A stretch of 64,000 nucleotides of DNA, taken from an uncultured Candidatus Saccharibacteria bacterium. GTDB lineage: Bacteria > Patescibacteriota > Saccharimonadia > Saccharimonadales > Saccharimonadaceae. A program made the translations under genes and the position numbers. Shown here one piece after another: positions 17,811 through 26,714 of this stretch. The number at the start of each line of letters is the position of its first letter. The first letter of the stretch is position 1. The notes under the pieces are model-generated. The model saw only the letters and a program-made list of their open reading frames with translations. It did not search any database and was not told the origin of the DNA. The stretch spans positions 2,806 through 66,805 of the forward strand of contig CAKUZG010000001.1 in NCBI GenBank assembly GCA_934717805.1, read 5' to 3'.

Positions 17811-18140
17811 TTATAGTTCTACTCTAATTCCTAGAACACCAAACTTTTCTTGTTTTTCTGGTGTATAAAATTCACTAAGAACACCTAGAAGTTCTTGTTT
17901 TGTCATTGTTTTGTTGGCGAGAATTTCGATTTCGAAATCATTAAAAAGAGCTTTAAAGTCCTTATACTCTAATAATCCAATAACTTTTGCTGTGAATTTA
18001 TCTTTTTCATTGCTAAACTCGATTAAATCGCCGATTTTTATTTGTCGTCGTTTCTCATCATTTAATCTTAATTCAATTCTTTTTGTTCCATTTTTGATAA
18101 AGTTAAAATATTTATCTTGTAAGTTCATTTTATGGATCAT
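17811..18140 (-). CDS. ASCH (PUA-like) domain protein
   Basis: MNLQDKYFNFIKNGTKRIELRLNDEKRRQIKIGD is typical of ASCH. Start set at the ATG (18140) behind the same SD as pnp. Confidence 0.75.
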   Translation of the reverse strand: MIHKMNLQDKYFNFIKNGTKRIELRLNDEKRRQIKIGDLIEFSNEKDKFTAKVIGLLEYKDFKALFNDFEIEILANKTMTKQELLGVLSEFYTPEKQEKFGVLGIRVEL

Positions 18141-18238
18141 ATCTTCTCCTTCTGCCAAATGAGTTACAGGAAGTCTCTTCCATACATTTGGTGCTAATTG
18201 TATTCTTTTATTATAGTATTTTTAAATAAAAATCGCAA
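18141..18238 (-). promoter_or_regulatory. promoter plus about 65-nt leader of the ASCH gene (copy B of the duplicated module)
   Basis: -35 TTGCGA (18233-18238), 17-nt spacer, -10 TATAAT (18210-18215). ACCAAATG...CATTTGG helix with an internal GGAAG-AGA-CTTCC hairpin. Confidence 0.65.
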
Positions 18239-18523
18239 AATTAAATAGTCTAATTAAGGGCCATTTAATTAAATTTTGTGTCGAATAATCCAAGTTAAAA
18301 TGAATGGTAGCGTAATAATTACGGTGACAATAAATATCGGAAGATTCTTAATATTTTTTGCGATCCAGTATTTGGCGCTTTAACTTTCGAATCTGTTTTT
18401 ATTTTTGTTTATTTTCTCCTCCTCCTAAAAAGAATAACATTTCGATTATAAAATATTTATAAATAAAAATTAATAGTAATTATGCTTTTTTAAAAACAAA
18501 AAAGCTTCGAAAATAACGAAGCT

Positions 18524-19537
18524 TTAAAGTGTTTGGTGGTATTTATTTTCGATTAAGGTTTTAACATCACACGCATATAACCCAGAATTCGGAAGCGGGT
18601 TCAATTCAACAATTCCCGGTTTGCCGTTAATTATTGCCACATCTAGCGCAAAATCTTTAGTTTTAAAAACTGGCGTAATTTCTTTAGCGGTTTTTCGAGC
18701 AAATTCAAGCAATTGATTTCGAATCTTAGGTTGAAATTCAACTTTGGTTTGATTGCGAATTTCTTGCAGTTGCGGGTCAAACTTTTCGGTATTTTGCAAC
18801 CAAGTAAAATCTTCAATACTGCCGGCCGAAGTTAGAACTTCCCCATTCACGCAAAAACAGCGCATTTCATAACGAATATCTGCAAAGTCTTGAATGAATA
18901 AATCATTTTCATGCCAGGCATTCATTATTTTTACCAGAGTTTCGTGCCTCGGTTTTTGAGATAAATCGATTTCGAAAATTCCCGCTTTTGGATTTGTCAT
19001 AATTTTAACCATCGCTTTTTTATGATTTTGGCTAAAAATTTCAAGCGTTTCTAGAAAATTTTCACTACAACAGTGGATAAAATCTCGATTAAAATATTTT
19101 TGAACTTGCGGTTTTAAATCGTATCGATTAACGTCGTAATTTGGGTGTTTCTCGATTCCAAATCGAGGCAAGTTTAATTTCGAATAATCCAAATTTAAGA
19201 TTTTTCCGGTTCTATCAAATATAATCGTATCTTGTTTTGAGCCAAGATCATAAAAAATAAAAATTGGATTTTGCGCAACTTCGAGACCAAATTTTATTCG
19301 GCCAATCATTTCTAGCCAAAGCTCGGTGTCTTGCTTTAAGTGAGTGTGCAAATTATTTATGTAATTCAAAATGCTGTGCAAATCTTTTGGATTACAATTT
19401 TGTATTTCCTGCTTGGGAAATTCAAATTTTTGGGCAAGTTTTTTGAACTCTGTCTTCAATGAATCTGGAACACGCTTTTCGAAATCTTTATTCGAAATTT
19501 CATACACATAATTACTAATAATTAAATCGTAGGCCAT
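18524..19537 (-). CDS. ATP-grasp-like domain protein, unknown substrate
   Basis: C-terminal FALDVAIINGKPGIVELNPLPNSG resembles the Mg/ATP-binding E-x-N strand of ATP-grasp enzymes. The rest is unassigned. Confidence 0.5.
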   Translation of the reverse strand: MAYDLIISNYVYEISNKDFEKRVPDSLKTEFKKLAQKFEFPKQEIQNCNPKDLHSILNYINNLHTHLKQDTELWLEMIGRIKFGLEVAQNPIFIFYDLGSKQDTIIFDRTGKILNLDYSKLNLPRFGIEKHPNYDVNRYDLKPQVQKYFNRDFIHCCSENFLETLEIFSQNHKKAMVKIMTNPKAGIFEIDLSQKPRHETLVKIMNAWHENDLFIQDFADIRYEMRCFCVNGEVLTSAGSIEDFTWLQNTEKFDPQLQEIRNQTKVEFQPKIRNQLLEFARKTAKEITPVFKTKDFALDVAIINGKPGIVELNPLPNSGLYACDVKTLIENKYHQTL

Positions 19538-19672
19538 TTTAATACCTCCAAAATAAAAAAGTTCAACAAAAAGTCTAGTTTTAATTATAATATATTTTTA
19601 TATTAAGTCAAACTGAAAGTGCGCAACAAAAAATCGCCCATATTTTGAGCGATTTTTGCAGTTTCGAAATTA

Positions 19673-19939
19673 TTATTTTCGAAGACCTAATTTAGCAACA
19701 ACAGCTTTGTAAGCTTCAAAATCTTTTCGTTCAAGATATTTTAGAAGTTTTTTACGGCGACCAACCATTTGCATCAAACCGCGACGAGCCATGAAGTCAT
19801 GCTTGTTTGATTGAAGGTGTTCCGTCACTTCTTTGATACGAGCTGTCAAGATTGACACTTGCGCCTGTGGCGAACCAACGTCATTCTTTGAAACCTGAGT
19901 CAAAGCGATTGCCTTCTCTTTATTCTCTTTAGTAATCAT
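19673..19939 (-). CDS. rpsO: 30S ribosomal protein S15
   Basis: LTARIKEVTEHLQSNKHDFMARRGL...LGLRK. Start at the ATG at 19939; the longer track ORF begins at a TTG inside the -35 box. Confidence 0.93.
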   Translation of the reverse strand: MITKENKEKAIALTQVSKNDVGSPQAQVSILTARIKEVTEHLQSNKHDFMARRGLMQMVGRRKKLLKYLERKDFEAYKAVVAKLGLRK

Positions 19940-19946
19940 CCTGAAT

Positions 19947-19975
19947 ATTTTAACAAATTTTTTCAGATAAGTCAA
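19947..19975 (-). promoter_or_regulatory. rpsO promoter giving a leaderless or near-leaderless mRNA
   Basis: -35 TTGACT (19970-19975), 17-nt spacer, -10 TAAAAT (19947-19952). Only 7 nt separate the -10 from the ATG. Confidence 0.6.
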
Positions 19976-19990
19976 GAAAGTTTTATAATT

Positions 19991-22549
19991 CTATAAAATT
20001 TCAAGCGCTTTTTTAACTTTTTCAAGTTCGGCTTTTTTGTTTGAGAATTCTTCACGGGTTTCTTCAACCAAATGTGCTGGCGCTTTCGAAACATAGTTCT
20101 CGTTCGAAAGTCGTTTTTCGAGCAAGTTGATTTCGTTTGAAATCTTTTCGATTCGTTCGTTTAATTCAGTTTTATACTCAGCTAGAACGCTAGTCGGAAC
20201 ATCAAGATATGCACCCAAACCGCTGGCGGCAAGACTGAATCCGTGTGGCGCGTCCGTTTGAACAATTTCTGGCACGCGTGAAAGGTGGCGAATTGTCTCG
20301 GCATTTTTTGCGATTAATTCATCTTTTTCGAAAACCAAATTGTAGCGTTTTTTACCTGGAAGTTCCGCTGTAATCAAGCGAATTTCACCAACCAAATCTT
20401 GAATTCGTTCAAATTGAAGCGCTTCGAATTCATTAAATTCTAGTGATTCGGCAAGTTTTTCATTTGCAAGAATTCCCTCAGTCCAAGGCAAAGTTTGCCA
20501 AATAGTTTCGGTTACGAAAGGTGCAAATGGGTGTGCAATCTTCAAACAAGTTTCCAAAACCCAAGCAAGAAGTTCAGGGTTTTGTTGTGTTTTTGATGCT
20601 TCAATATACCAATCGGCAACTGTGCTCCAAATTGTGTGATAAACAGTTTCAGAAGCTTCGGCAAAACGATAATTCTGCATGTGATTATCTAATTCTGAAA
20701 TTGCACGGTCAAGTTCTCGTACGATCCAGTGATCTGCTGGCGAGAAAGCTTCGGGGCGTTTTTCGCTCTTAATATCGCCAACTTTTTCTGAAATGAACCG
20801 TGAAATATTCCAAAGTTTATTGCAGAAATTTCGCCCAGCGATAACTTTGTTTTTCGAAAATGCTTGGTTTTGCCCGGCTGAACGCGCTGCGATAATTCCA
20901 AGGCGGAAAGCATCGGAACCATATTCTGCAATTACGTCCATTGGGTTGATCACATTTCCTTTTGATTTGCTCATTTTTTGGCCGTGCTCATCAAGAACCA
21001 TTCCATGCAGATAAACTTCGCGGAAAGGAATTTGGCCTGTACAATAAAGCCCCAACATAATCATTCGTGAAATCCAAGGGAAAATTAAGTCGTGGCCAGT
21101 TTCCATTACGCTATTTGGGTAGAATTTCGAAAGCTCGCCGCCCTCAAGAAAATCAGTTGTAATGAATGGCCATTGACCACTCGAGAACCAAGTGTCGAGT
21201 GTATCTTCATCCCGTTTATAGATTTTGCCGTTAACTTCAATTTCGGCCTCGTGAACGCGTTCATCGAAAATCCAATCTGTTGGATCTTCAACATTTTGAA
21301 ATGCTGGGATTGGGATTCCCCATGGTATTTGACGTGAAATGTTCCAGTCGCGAATATTTTTAAGATATTCCATTAGAACATTTTTCTTGTTTTCGGGTGT
21401 AAATTTAATTTCGTCTTTTTCAAGAACTTCAATAGCTTTTTTAGCTAGAGGTTTTGTAGAGATAAACCACTGCTCTTTTACAAGTGGCTGAATTGGTTCG
21501 CCAGATTTATAGTCATAACCAACCACGTGCGTAATATCTTCTTCTTTAAAGAGAGCGTTAATCTTTTTGAGATCTTCAAGAATCTTTTTTCGCGCCTCCA
21601 TAACTTCTAGGCCAGCATATTCACCAGCGTTTTGGGTCATTTTTCCATCAAAGCCAATTACTTGAATTTTTGGTAAGTTGTGACGATTACCAACTTCAAA
21701 ATCGTTAGGATCGTGGAATGGTGTAATTTTGACAACACCAGTTCCAAATTGTGGATCAGCATATTCATCGGCAATAATCTCAACTTCACGGTTAGTTAGA
21801 GGTACACGCACCTTTTTACCGATTAGATTTTGGTATCGTTCATCTTCTGGATTAACTGCAAGTGCAGTGTCGCCAAGAATTGTCTCTGGGCGTGTTGTTG
21901 AAACTAGCATATATTCACTAATATCACCAAAATCATCAAGAACAGGATACGCGATTGTCCAAAGTTTACCCTTCTCTTCTTTGTAATCTACCTCAATATC
22001 GGCGTAAGAAGTTTGGTATTTTGTTGAATAATTAACAATTCGCTCACCTCGATAGATTAGGCCATCGTTCCACATTTTTTCGAAAGTTTTATAAACGCGA
22101 TTTACGACTTTTTCATCTAGTGTGAAAGTAAGGTTTTTCCAGTCAGCTCCAGCTCCGAGTGCACGAAGTTGTAACTCCATGTTTCCGCGTTGGCTAGCAA
22201 CGAAATCCCAAACATTTTTGTAAAGTTCATCACGAGAATAATCAAAACGGCTCTTCCCTTTTGCATTTAGAAGGCGTTCATAAACAACCCACGTTTCAAA
22301 ACCAGCGTGGTCGGCACCAGGCAAATAAATTGCGTCATAACCTTTCATTTTGTGATAACGCACCAAAATATCTTCCACAGCGGCCATCAATCCATGGCCA
22401 ATGTGAAGATTTCCGTTTGCATTTGGTGGTGGCATTACAATTGAATATTTTGGGCCAACTCCGCTACTTTCGAAAGCGCCAGAAAGTTCCCAAAGATTAT
22501 AAATTTCAGGTTCGTAATTGTTCGGTTCGTAAGTCTTTGTAATTTTCAT
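19991..22549 (-). CDS. valS: valyl-tRNA synthetase
   Basis: Class I HIGH (NLHIGH) and KMSKS motifs, C-terminal coiled coil. Start at the ATG at 22549 after AAAGGGA. Confidence 0.95.
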   Translation of the reverse strand: MKITKTYEPNNYEPEIYNLWELSGAFESSGVGPKYSIVMPPPNANGNLHIGHGLMAAVEDILVRYHKMKGYDAIYLPGADHAGFETWVVYERLLNAKGKSRFDYSRDELYKNVWDFVASQRGNMELQLRALGAGADWKNLTFTLDEKVVNRVYKTFEKMWNDGLIYRGERIVNYSTKYQTSYADIEVDYKEEKGKLWTIAYPVLDDFGDISEYMLVSTTRPETILGDTALAVNPEDERYQNLIGKKVRVPLTNREVEIIADEYADPQFGTGVVKITPFHDPNDFEVGNRHNLPKIQVIGFDGKMTQNAGEYAGLEVMEARKKILEDLKKINALFKEEDITHVVGYDYKSGEPIQPLVKEQWFISTKPLAKKAIEVLEKDEIKFTPENKKNVLMEYLKNIRDWNISRQIPWGIPIPAFQNVEDPTDWIFDERVHEAEIEVNGKIYKRDEDTLDTWFSSGQWPFITTDFLEGGELSKFYPNSVMETGHDLIFPWISRMIMLGLYCTGQIPFREVYLHGMVLDEHGQKMSKSKGNVINPMDVIAEYGSDAFRLGIIAARSAGQNQAFSKNKVIAGRNFCNKLWNISRFISEKVGDIKSEKRPEAFSPADHWIVRELDRAISELDNHMQNYRFAEASETVYHTIWSTVADWYIEASKTQQNPELLAWVLETCLKIAHPFAPFVTETIWQTLPWTEGILANEKLAESLEFNEFEALQFERIQDLVGEIRLITAELPGKKRYNLVFEKDELIAKNAETIRHLSRVPEIVQTDAPHGFSLAASGLGAYLDVPTSVLAEYKTELNERIEKISNEINLLEKRLSNENYVSKAPAHLVEETREEFSNKKAELEKVKKALEIL

Positions 22550-22577
22550 AATTCCCTTTAATCGCATTTATTCAACA

Positions 22578-22644
22578 TTTCACGCGAAATTTTTTAATGC
22601 GTGAAAATTTTACATTTACAATTATACCACATTCGGTGTATAAT
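22578..22644. promoter_or_regulatory. divergent valS/FemAB promoter region with an 8-bp inverted repeat
   Basis: Back-to-back -10 boxes (minus TGGTATAAT at 22621-22629; plus TATAAT at 22639-22644). IR TTTCACGC-N13-GCGTGAAA at 22578-22606 lies in the valS leader. Confidence 0.5.
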
Positions 22645-22650
22645 ATAAAC

Positions 22651-23730
22651 ATGCTAAAGATTATCGAAATTACAGATAAAAAAGAATGGGACGATTTTGT
22701 TAATGAACATAACGGTCATCCTTTGCAGCTTTGGGGTTGGGGTGAACTTAAAACTGAATCACCAAATTGGAAGGTGGTGCGAGTTTTTTTGAAGAACGGT
22801 GAAGAAAAATACATTGATCGCAAGAAGAACGATCATTCAGATATTGTGGCGGCGGCGCAAATTTTAATTCGAAAACTACCTTTTCCGCTTAATAGTTTTG
22901 CGTATATTCCGCGTGGCGCTTTGGTACTTTCGAAAAAGCCAATTGAACGAGCTCGCATTTCGCGTGAAATAGCGCTTTGGGTTTCGGAAAATATCAAACC
23001 AAAACCAGTTTGTTTGAGTATGGAACCAGATTGGAATGAGGGTGAATTCGATATCCGCGATGGCTGGCGAAAGAGTAAAAATACTATTTTAATTCCACGG
23101 ACGTTAATTGTCGATTTAACGCAAACTGAAGATGAACTGCTCGCTCAAATGAGCAAAAAAACACGTCAGTATATTCGAAAGAGCAGTGGGGAAGTAAAAA
23201 TTCGCCAACTTCGTTCGAAAGAAGATATTGATCGCGCATTGGAAATTTACGTTCAAACTGCAAAGCGTGCTGGTTTTGCAATTCACCCTAAAAAATATTA
23301 TCACGACCTCTATAAAAAAATGGGTGAAAATTCGCCAATTTTTGGTGCATTTATAGATGTAAACTCGAATGAAGAGCAGGGGCAAGCTTTCGAAAATAGC
23401 CAAACTCAAGAAATGGTTGCATTTTTGTGGTTTGCGCAAAGCAATTATACTTCGTTTGAGCTTTATGGTGGTGTGACTGAAACAGGTCAAAAAGTGCGCG
23501 CTAACTATATTTTAAAGTGGACAGCAATGCTTGAAATGAAAAAACGTGGCGTGAAAAGATACGACTTTAACGGTCTTTTAAATGATGGGATTTCGAAATT
23601 TAAAGCTGGTTTTGCTCATCATGAAAATATGCTTGTCGGAACCTTGGATTTTCCAATTTCGAAAACATATTTCATCTGGAATTCATTCTTGCCAACTGCG
23701 AAAAAAATCGTGCGAAAATTCAAAAAATAG
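22651..23730 (+). CDS. FemAB-family peptidoglycan interpeptide-bridge aminoacyltransferase
   Basis: The N-terminus (WDDFV...HPLQLWGWGELK) and length are typical of FemX/FemAB. The ATG at 22651 is 6 nt after the -10 box. Confidence 0.8.
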   Translation: MLKIIEITDKKEWDDFVNEHNGHPLQLWGWGELKTESPNWKVVRVFLKNGEEKYIDRKKNDHSDIVAAAQILIRKLPFPLNSFAYIPRGALVLSKKPIERARISREIALWVSENIKPKPVCLSMEPDWNEGEFDIRDGWRKSKNTILIPRTLIVDLTQTEDELLAQMSKKTRQYIRKSSGEVKIRQLRSKEDIDRALEIYVQTAKRAGFAIHPKKYYHDLYKKMGENSPIFGAFIDVNSNEEQGQAFENSQTQEMVAFLWFAQSNYTSFELYGGVTETGQKVRANYILKWTAMLEMKKRGVKRYDFNGLLNDGISKFKAGFAHHENMLVGTLDFPISKTYFIWNSFLPTAKKIVRKFKK

Positions 23731-23837
23731 GGAAGTACAAAATAAAGAAATCGCTCAAAATTGGGCGGTTTTTCTTTTTTCGAAAGCTAAAAATCTAAAA
23801 AATTGACCAAAATATTAAAAGGTAGTAAAATAGAATT

Positions 23838-24926
23838 ATGAAAATACTAGGAATTGAAAGCACTTGTGATGAAACTGCGGCGGCCGTGGTTGAATTTGAT
23901 GCGAATCAAATCACGCGCGAAAGTTCGCCAAGATTAAATTTGCTCTCAAGTGTGGTTCATTCACAGATTGATATTCACGCGCAATTTGGTGGTGTGATTC
24001 CTGAGGTAGCGGCGCGTTCACATATTGAATACGCGAATCCTGTAGTTCGAAAAGCGCTCGCGCGCGCCGGTGTTTCTTTTGAGGATCTTGATGGAATTGC
24101 CGTTTCTTATGCACCAGGTTTAATCGGTTCACTTTTGGTTGGCACATTAACTGCGCGAACTTATTCACGAATTTTCAACAAACCTTTCTACCCAATTCAT
24201 CATGTTGAAGCGCATGTTTACGCGAATTTTTTGAACGAAAAACCGCCAAAGTTTCCATTTTTAGCGCTAGTCGTGTCGGGTGGTCATTCGCAAATTGTTT
24301 TGTTTAAGGCTCACGGAGATTATCAAATTTTGGGCGAAACGCAAGATGATGCGGTTGGTGAAGCTTTCGATAAAGTTGCAAAAATTATCGGTTTGCCTTA
24401 TCCAGGAGGTCCGGCAATTTCAAAAGCAGCACAAAACGGAGATTCTTCAAAATATAAGTTGCCAAAAGCGCGCTTAAAAGGGAAGTACGATTTTAGCTTT
24501 TCGGGCTTAAAAACGGCTGTTTTGCGAGCAGTTCAAAAAGAAGTTGGTGTTGATTTTAATTTTCCTTCTTTCGAATTGGCGGCAAAACTCAGCGAACAGC
24601 AACGAAATGATTTTGCGGCAAGTTTTCAAAAAACGGCGGTTGAAACTTTGGTTGATAAGCTTGAGCTTGCGGTGAAAGATTTTGCACCAACAACAGTTGT
24701 GATTGCTGGCGGTGTGGCGGCAAATTCAGCGTTAAGGGAAGAGCTGGTCAAGCGAGTTTCGGATAAATTGCCGGATCCAGTGATTTTTACTCCACCGGAA
24801 CTTTGCACTGATAACGCTGCGATGGTGGCAACATTGGGCGCTTTTCAAGCAGTTTTGAGCAAGCCAAAAGATCCGCTCGAGCTTGAAGTTAAGCCTTCAC
24901 TTTCGATGAGTGATTCAAAGTGGTAA
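23838..24926 (+). CDS. tsaD: tRNA N6-adenosine threonylcarbamoyltransferase TsaD
   Basis: MKILGIESTCDETAAAVV, HxxAH and GGVAAN motifs. Confidence 0.93.
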   Translation: MKILGIESTCDETAAAVVEFDANQITRESSPRLNLLSSVVHSQIDIHAQFGGVIPEVAARSHIEYANPVVRKALARAGVSFEDLDGIAVSYAPGLIGSLLVGTLTARTYSRIFNKPFYPIHHVEAHVYANFLNEKPPKFPFLALVVSGGHSQIVLFKAHGDYQILGETQDDAVGEAFDKVAKIIGLPYPGGPAISKAAQNGDSSKYKLPKARLKGKYDFSFSGLKTAVLRAVQKEVGVDFNFPSFELAAKLSEQQRNDFAASFQKTAVETLVDKLELAVKDFAPTTVVIAGGVAANSALREELVKRVSDKLPDPVIFTPPELCTDNAAMVATLGAFQAVLSKPKDPLELEVKPSLSMSDSKW

Positions 24927-24934
24927 AAAGAAAA

Positions 24935-24956
24935 CCCGCAATATTGCGGGTTTTTA
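24935..24956. terminator. bidirectional terminator
   Basis: CCCGCA-ATAT-TGCGGG flanked by A- and T-runs. Confidence 0.8.
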
Positions 24957-24967
24957 TTGGAGGGATA

Positions 24968-25582
24968 TTAGAGTTCTTCAATTTTAAAAATATTCAATGA
25001 ATGAAGAAAAAGATTTGTTGGTTTGAAAATGAGATCATTTTGTACCTCGACCAAATCTTCGCCAATCAAAGTTGGATCAAACTTTTCAGGAAAAACCCAA
25101 CCATTTTGAATAAATTCATCCACAGCATTTAGGCCGCTATTGACCCAATGGTCGCGAATCACTAAAGTGATTTCTTTCAGATGTTCAGGATTCTCAAAAT
25201 CTTCATCGGTAGCCTGAACTTCTAACCCCACTTTATTAATATTTTCGAAGAACAATGTTGGTGGAATTTCCATGATTTCGCTTGTTGCGAGACAAGCTTG
25301 CGTGATAAGTCCAATCATTGTTGAAGAAGTCGTAGCTATATTATTTCGATCTGGATTGACTGCATTGAGAAAAATAAAACCAAGCATAAAGCTTTCAAAA
25401 TATTCTTGGATGGTTTCTCGTTTTAACCCGTTGAGATAAATTGAAAGAAGAACGTCATCTTTAAAGCGAAGATGCTGTTTGTTAAGAACTTTTTCTTGCC
25501 AATTTTCACCATAAATATTTTCGAAAGGAGTCCGAACATCTTCAGATTCAAAGTAAAAAATAAAATCATTTGTTATGAGCAT
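24968..25582 (-). CDS. hypothetical protein, paralogue 1 of a tandem pair
   Basis: Starts MLITNDFIFYFESED...GENWQ, clearly homologous to the next gene. Has its own promoter and SD AGGAGG. Confidence 0.65.
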   Translation of the reverse strand: MLITNDFIFYFESEDVRTPFENIYGENWQEKVLNKQHLRFKDDVLLSIYLNGLKRETIQEYFESFMLGFIFLNAVNPDRNNIATTSSTMIGLITQACLATSEIMEIPPTLFFENINKVGLEVQATDEDFENPEHLKEITLVIRDHWVNSGLNAVDEFIQNGWVFPEKFDPTLIGEDLVEVQNDLIFKPTNLFLHSLNIFKIEEL

Positions 25583-25609
25583 AACTGCTTCCTCCTAAAA
25601 GTGCTATTT

Positions 25610-25662
25610 TTTGCTAAAAAGCAAATCTTTTAAATTATAATATTTTTAGCTATTTTTGTCAA
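25610..25662 (-). promoter_or_regulatory. promoter plus leader hairpin of paralogue 1
   Basis: -35 TTGACA (25657-25662), 17-nt spacer, -10 TATAAT (25634-25639). Leader hairpin TTTGC-loop-GCAAA at 25610-25625. Confidence 0.65.
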
Positions 25663-25735
25663 GTTTAACTAGAAGGAGATTGGAGTACAAAATAAAAAAG
25701 CCCGCAAATTTCTGCGGGTTTTGGCTTTTGATGGT

Positions 25736-26317
25736 TTAAAGTTGAAATTGTTTAATCTCAAAATCATCAAAATGCTTAAGGAAGATATTAGTTGGAGCAA
25801 AAAAACAATCATTTTGGTCTTCTTCGGGTGATACCGTAGAGATTTTAGGTAATAAATAAATCCAGCCATTTTCGATGAATTTATTTATTGACTCTAGGCC
25901 GTTTTCAATCCATTCTTCCTTTATTGCTGGCATAGTATTTTCTGAACCTTCATTATCTTCTGGAAAATCATCAAGGATGTCCCGTTCTTTTGTGTCGAAA
26001 AATAATGAAGCTGGTTCTTTCAGATAATGATAAGCTACTAAGCAAGATAATGTGATTAAATGTCCGACTGAAAAAATTTCTTGTTCAGAATTAATTTTAC
26101 TAAGAAAAATTTCCCCAAGCATTAGACATTCCAAAACTTCTTTAGCTTTTTCTGGTTTTTTACCTTTGGGGTAAATCAATGTGAACAAACCATCTTCTAG
26201 ATAAATTATCTGTTTATTCGCTATTTGATCTTGCCAATTTTCTCCAAAAAGTTCTTTGATAGCTAGAGTAATATCTTCGCTTTCAAGGTGAAAAATAAAA
26301 TTATCAGTTATAAGCAT
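25736..26317 (-). CDS. hypothetical protein, paralogue 2 of a tandem pair
   Basis: Starts MLITDNFIFHLESED...GENWQ. Same architecture as 24968-25582. Confidence 0.65.
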   Translation of the reverse strand: MLITDNFIFHLESEDITLAIKELFGENWQDQIANKQIIYLEDGLFTLIYPKGKKPEKAKEVLECLMLGEIFLSKINSEQEIFSVGHLITLSCLVAYHYLKEPASLFFDTKERDILDDFPEDNEGSENTMPAIKEEWIENGLESINKFIENGWIYLLPKISTVSPEEDQNDCFFAPTNIFLKHFDDFEIKQFQL

Positions 26318-26344
26318 AACTAAGTCCTCCTAAAGTGCTATTTC

Positions 26345-26395
26345 TACCAAAAGGTAAATCTTTTAAATTATAGCATTTTTAAGTAGAATTGTCAA
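26345..26395 (-). promoter_or_regulatory. promoter plus leader hairpin of paralogue 2
   Basis: -35 TTGACA (26390-26395), 17-nt spacer, -10 TATAAT (26367-26372). Leader hairpin TACC-loop-GGTA at 26345-26356. Confidence 0.65.
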
Positions 26396-26459
26396 GTTTT
26401 TGAAAAAGGAAAAATAAAAAAACCGCCCAATTTTGAGCGATTTTTGAAAATGTATCAAA

Positions 26460-26714
26460 TTAAGCAAGTTTTACGCCAGCTTTTTTTGCGGCAGCAGCAA
26501 GAGAAGCTTTTCGGCGAGCAGCTGTATTTTTCTTGATAAGACCTTTTTTAACAGCTTTGTCTAGTTCGCTTTGTGCTTTTGAAAGGTTTTTTGCGTTTGG
26601 TTCAGCAACAAAAGCTTTAACTGCACCTTTGATATCTTTTTTAATTCCAACGTTGCGTTCGCGTCGTTTTGCGGTTTGTCGCATTCGCTTTACAGCAGAT
26701 TTAATAATTGGCAT
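26460..26714 (-). CDS. rpsT: 30S ribosomal protein S20
   Basis: MPIIKSAVKRMRQTAKRRERN is the canonical S20 N-terminus. Confidence 0.93.
   Translation of the reverse strand: MPIIKSAVKRMRQTAKRRERNVGIKKDIKGAVKAFVAEPNAKNLSKAQSELDKAVKKGLIKKNTAARRKASLAAAAKKAGVKLA

Noticed and set aside
18262-18440. Strong AGGAGGAGGAG followed by a hydrophobic reading frame (KYWIAKNIKNLPIFIVTVIITLPFILTWIIRHKI) on the minus strand.
   Set aside because: No ATG/GTG/TTG in that frame after the in-frame TAA. The SD-like run lies inside a 13-codon ORF (MLFFLGGGENKQK). It cannot be supported as a gene without invoking read-through or a non-standard start.
22574-22589. 16-nt exact repeat AACATTTCACGCGAAA, also at 60561-60576.
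   Set aside because: About one chance 16-mer match is expected in an AT-rich 64-kb window counting both strands. Flanks are unrelated. Only the local inverted repeat at 22578-22606 is kept as an observation.
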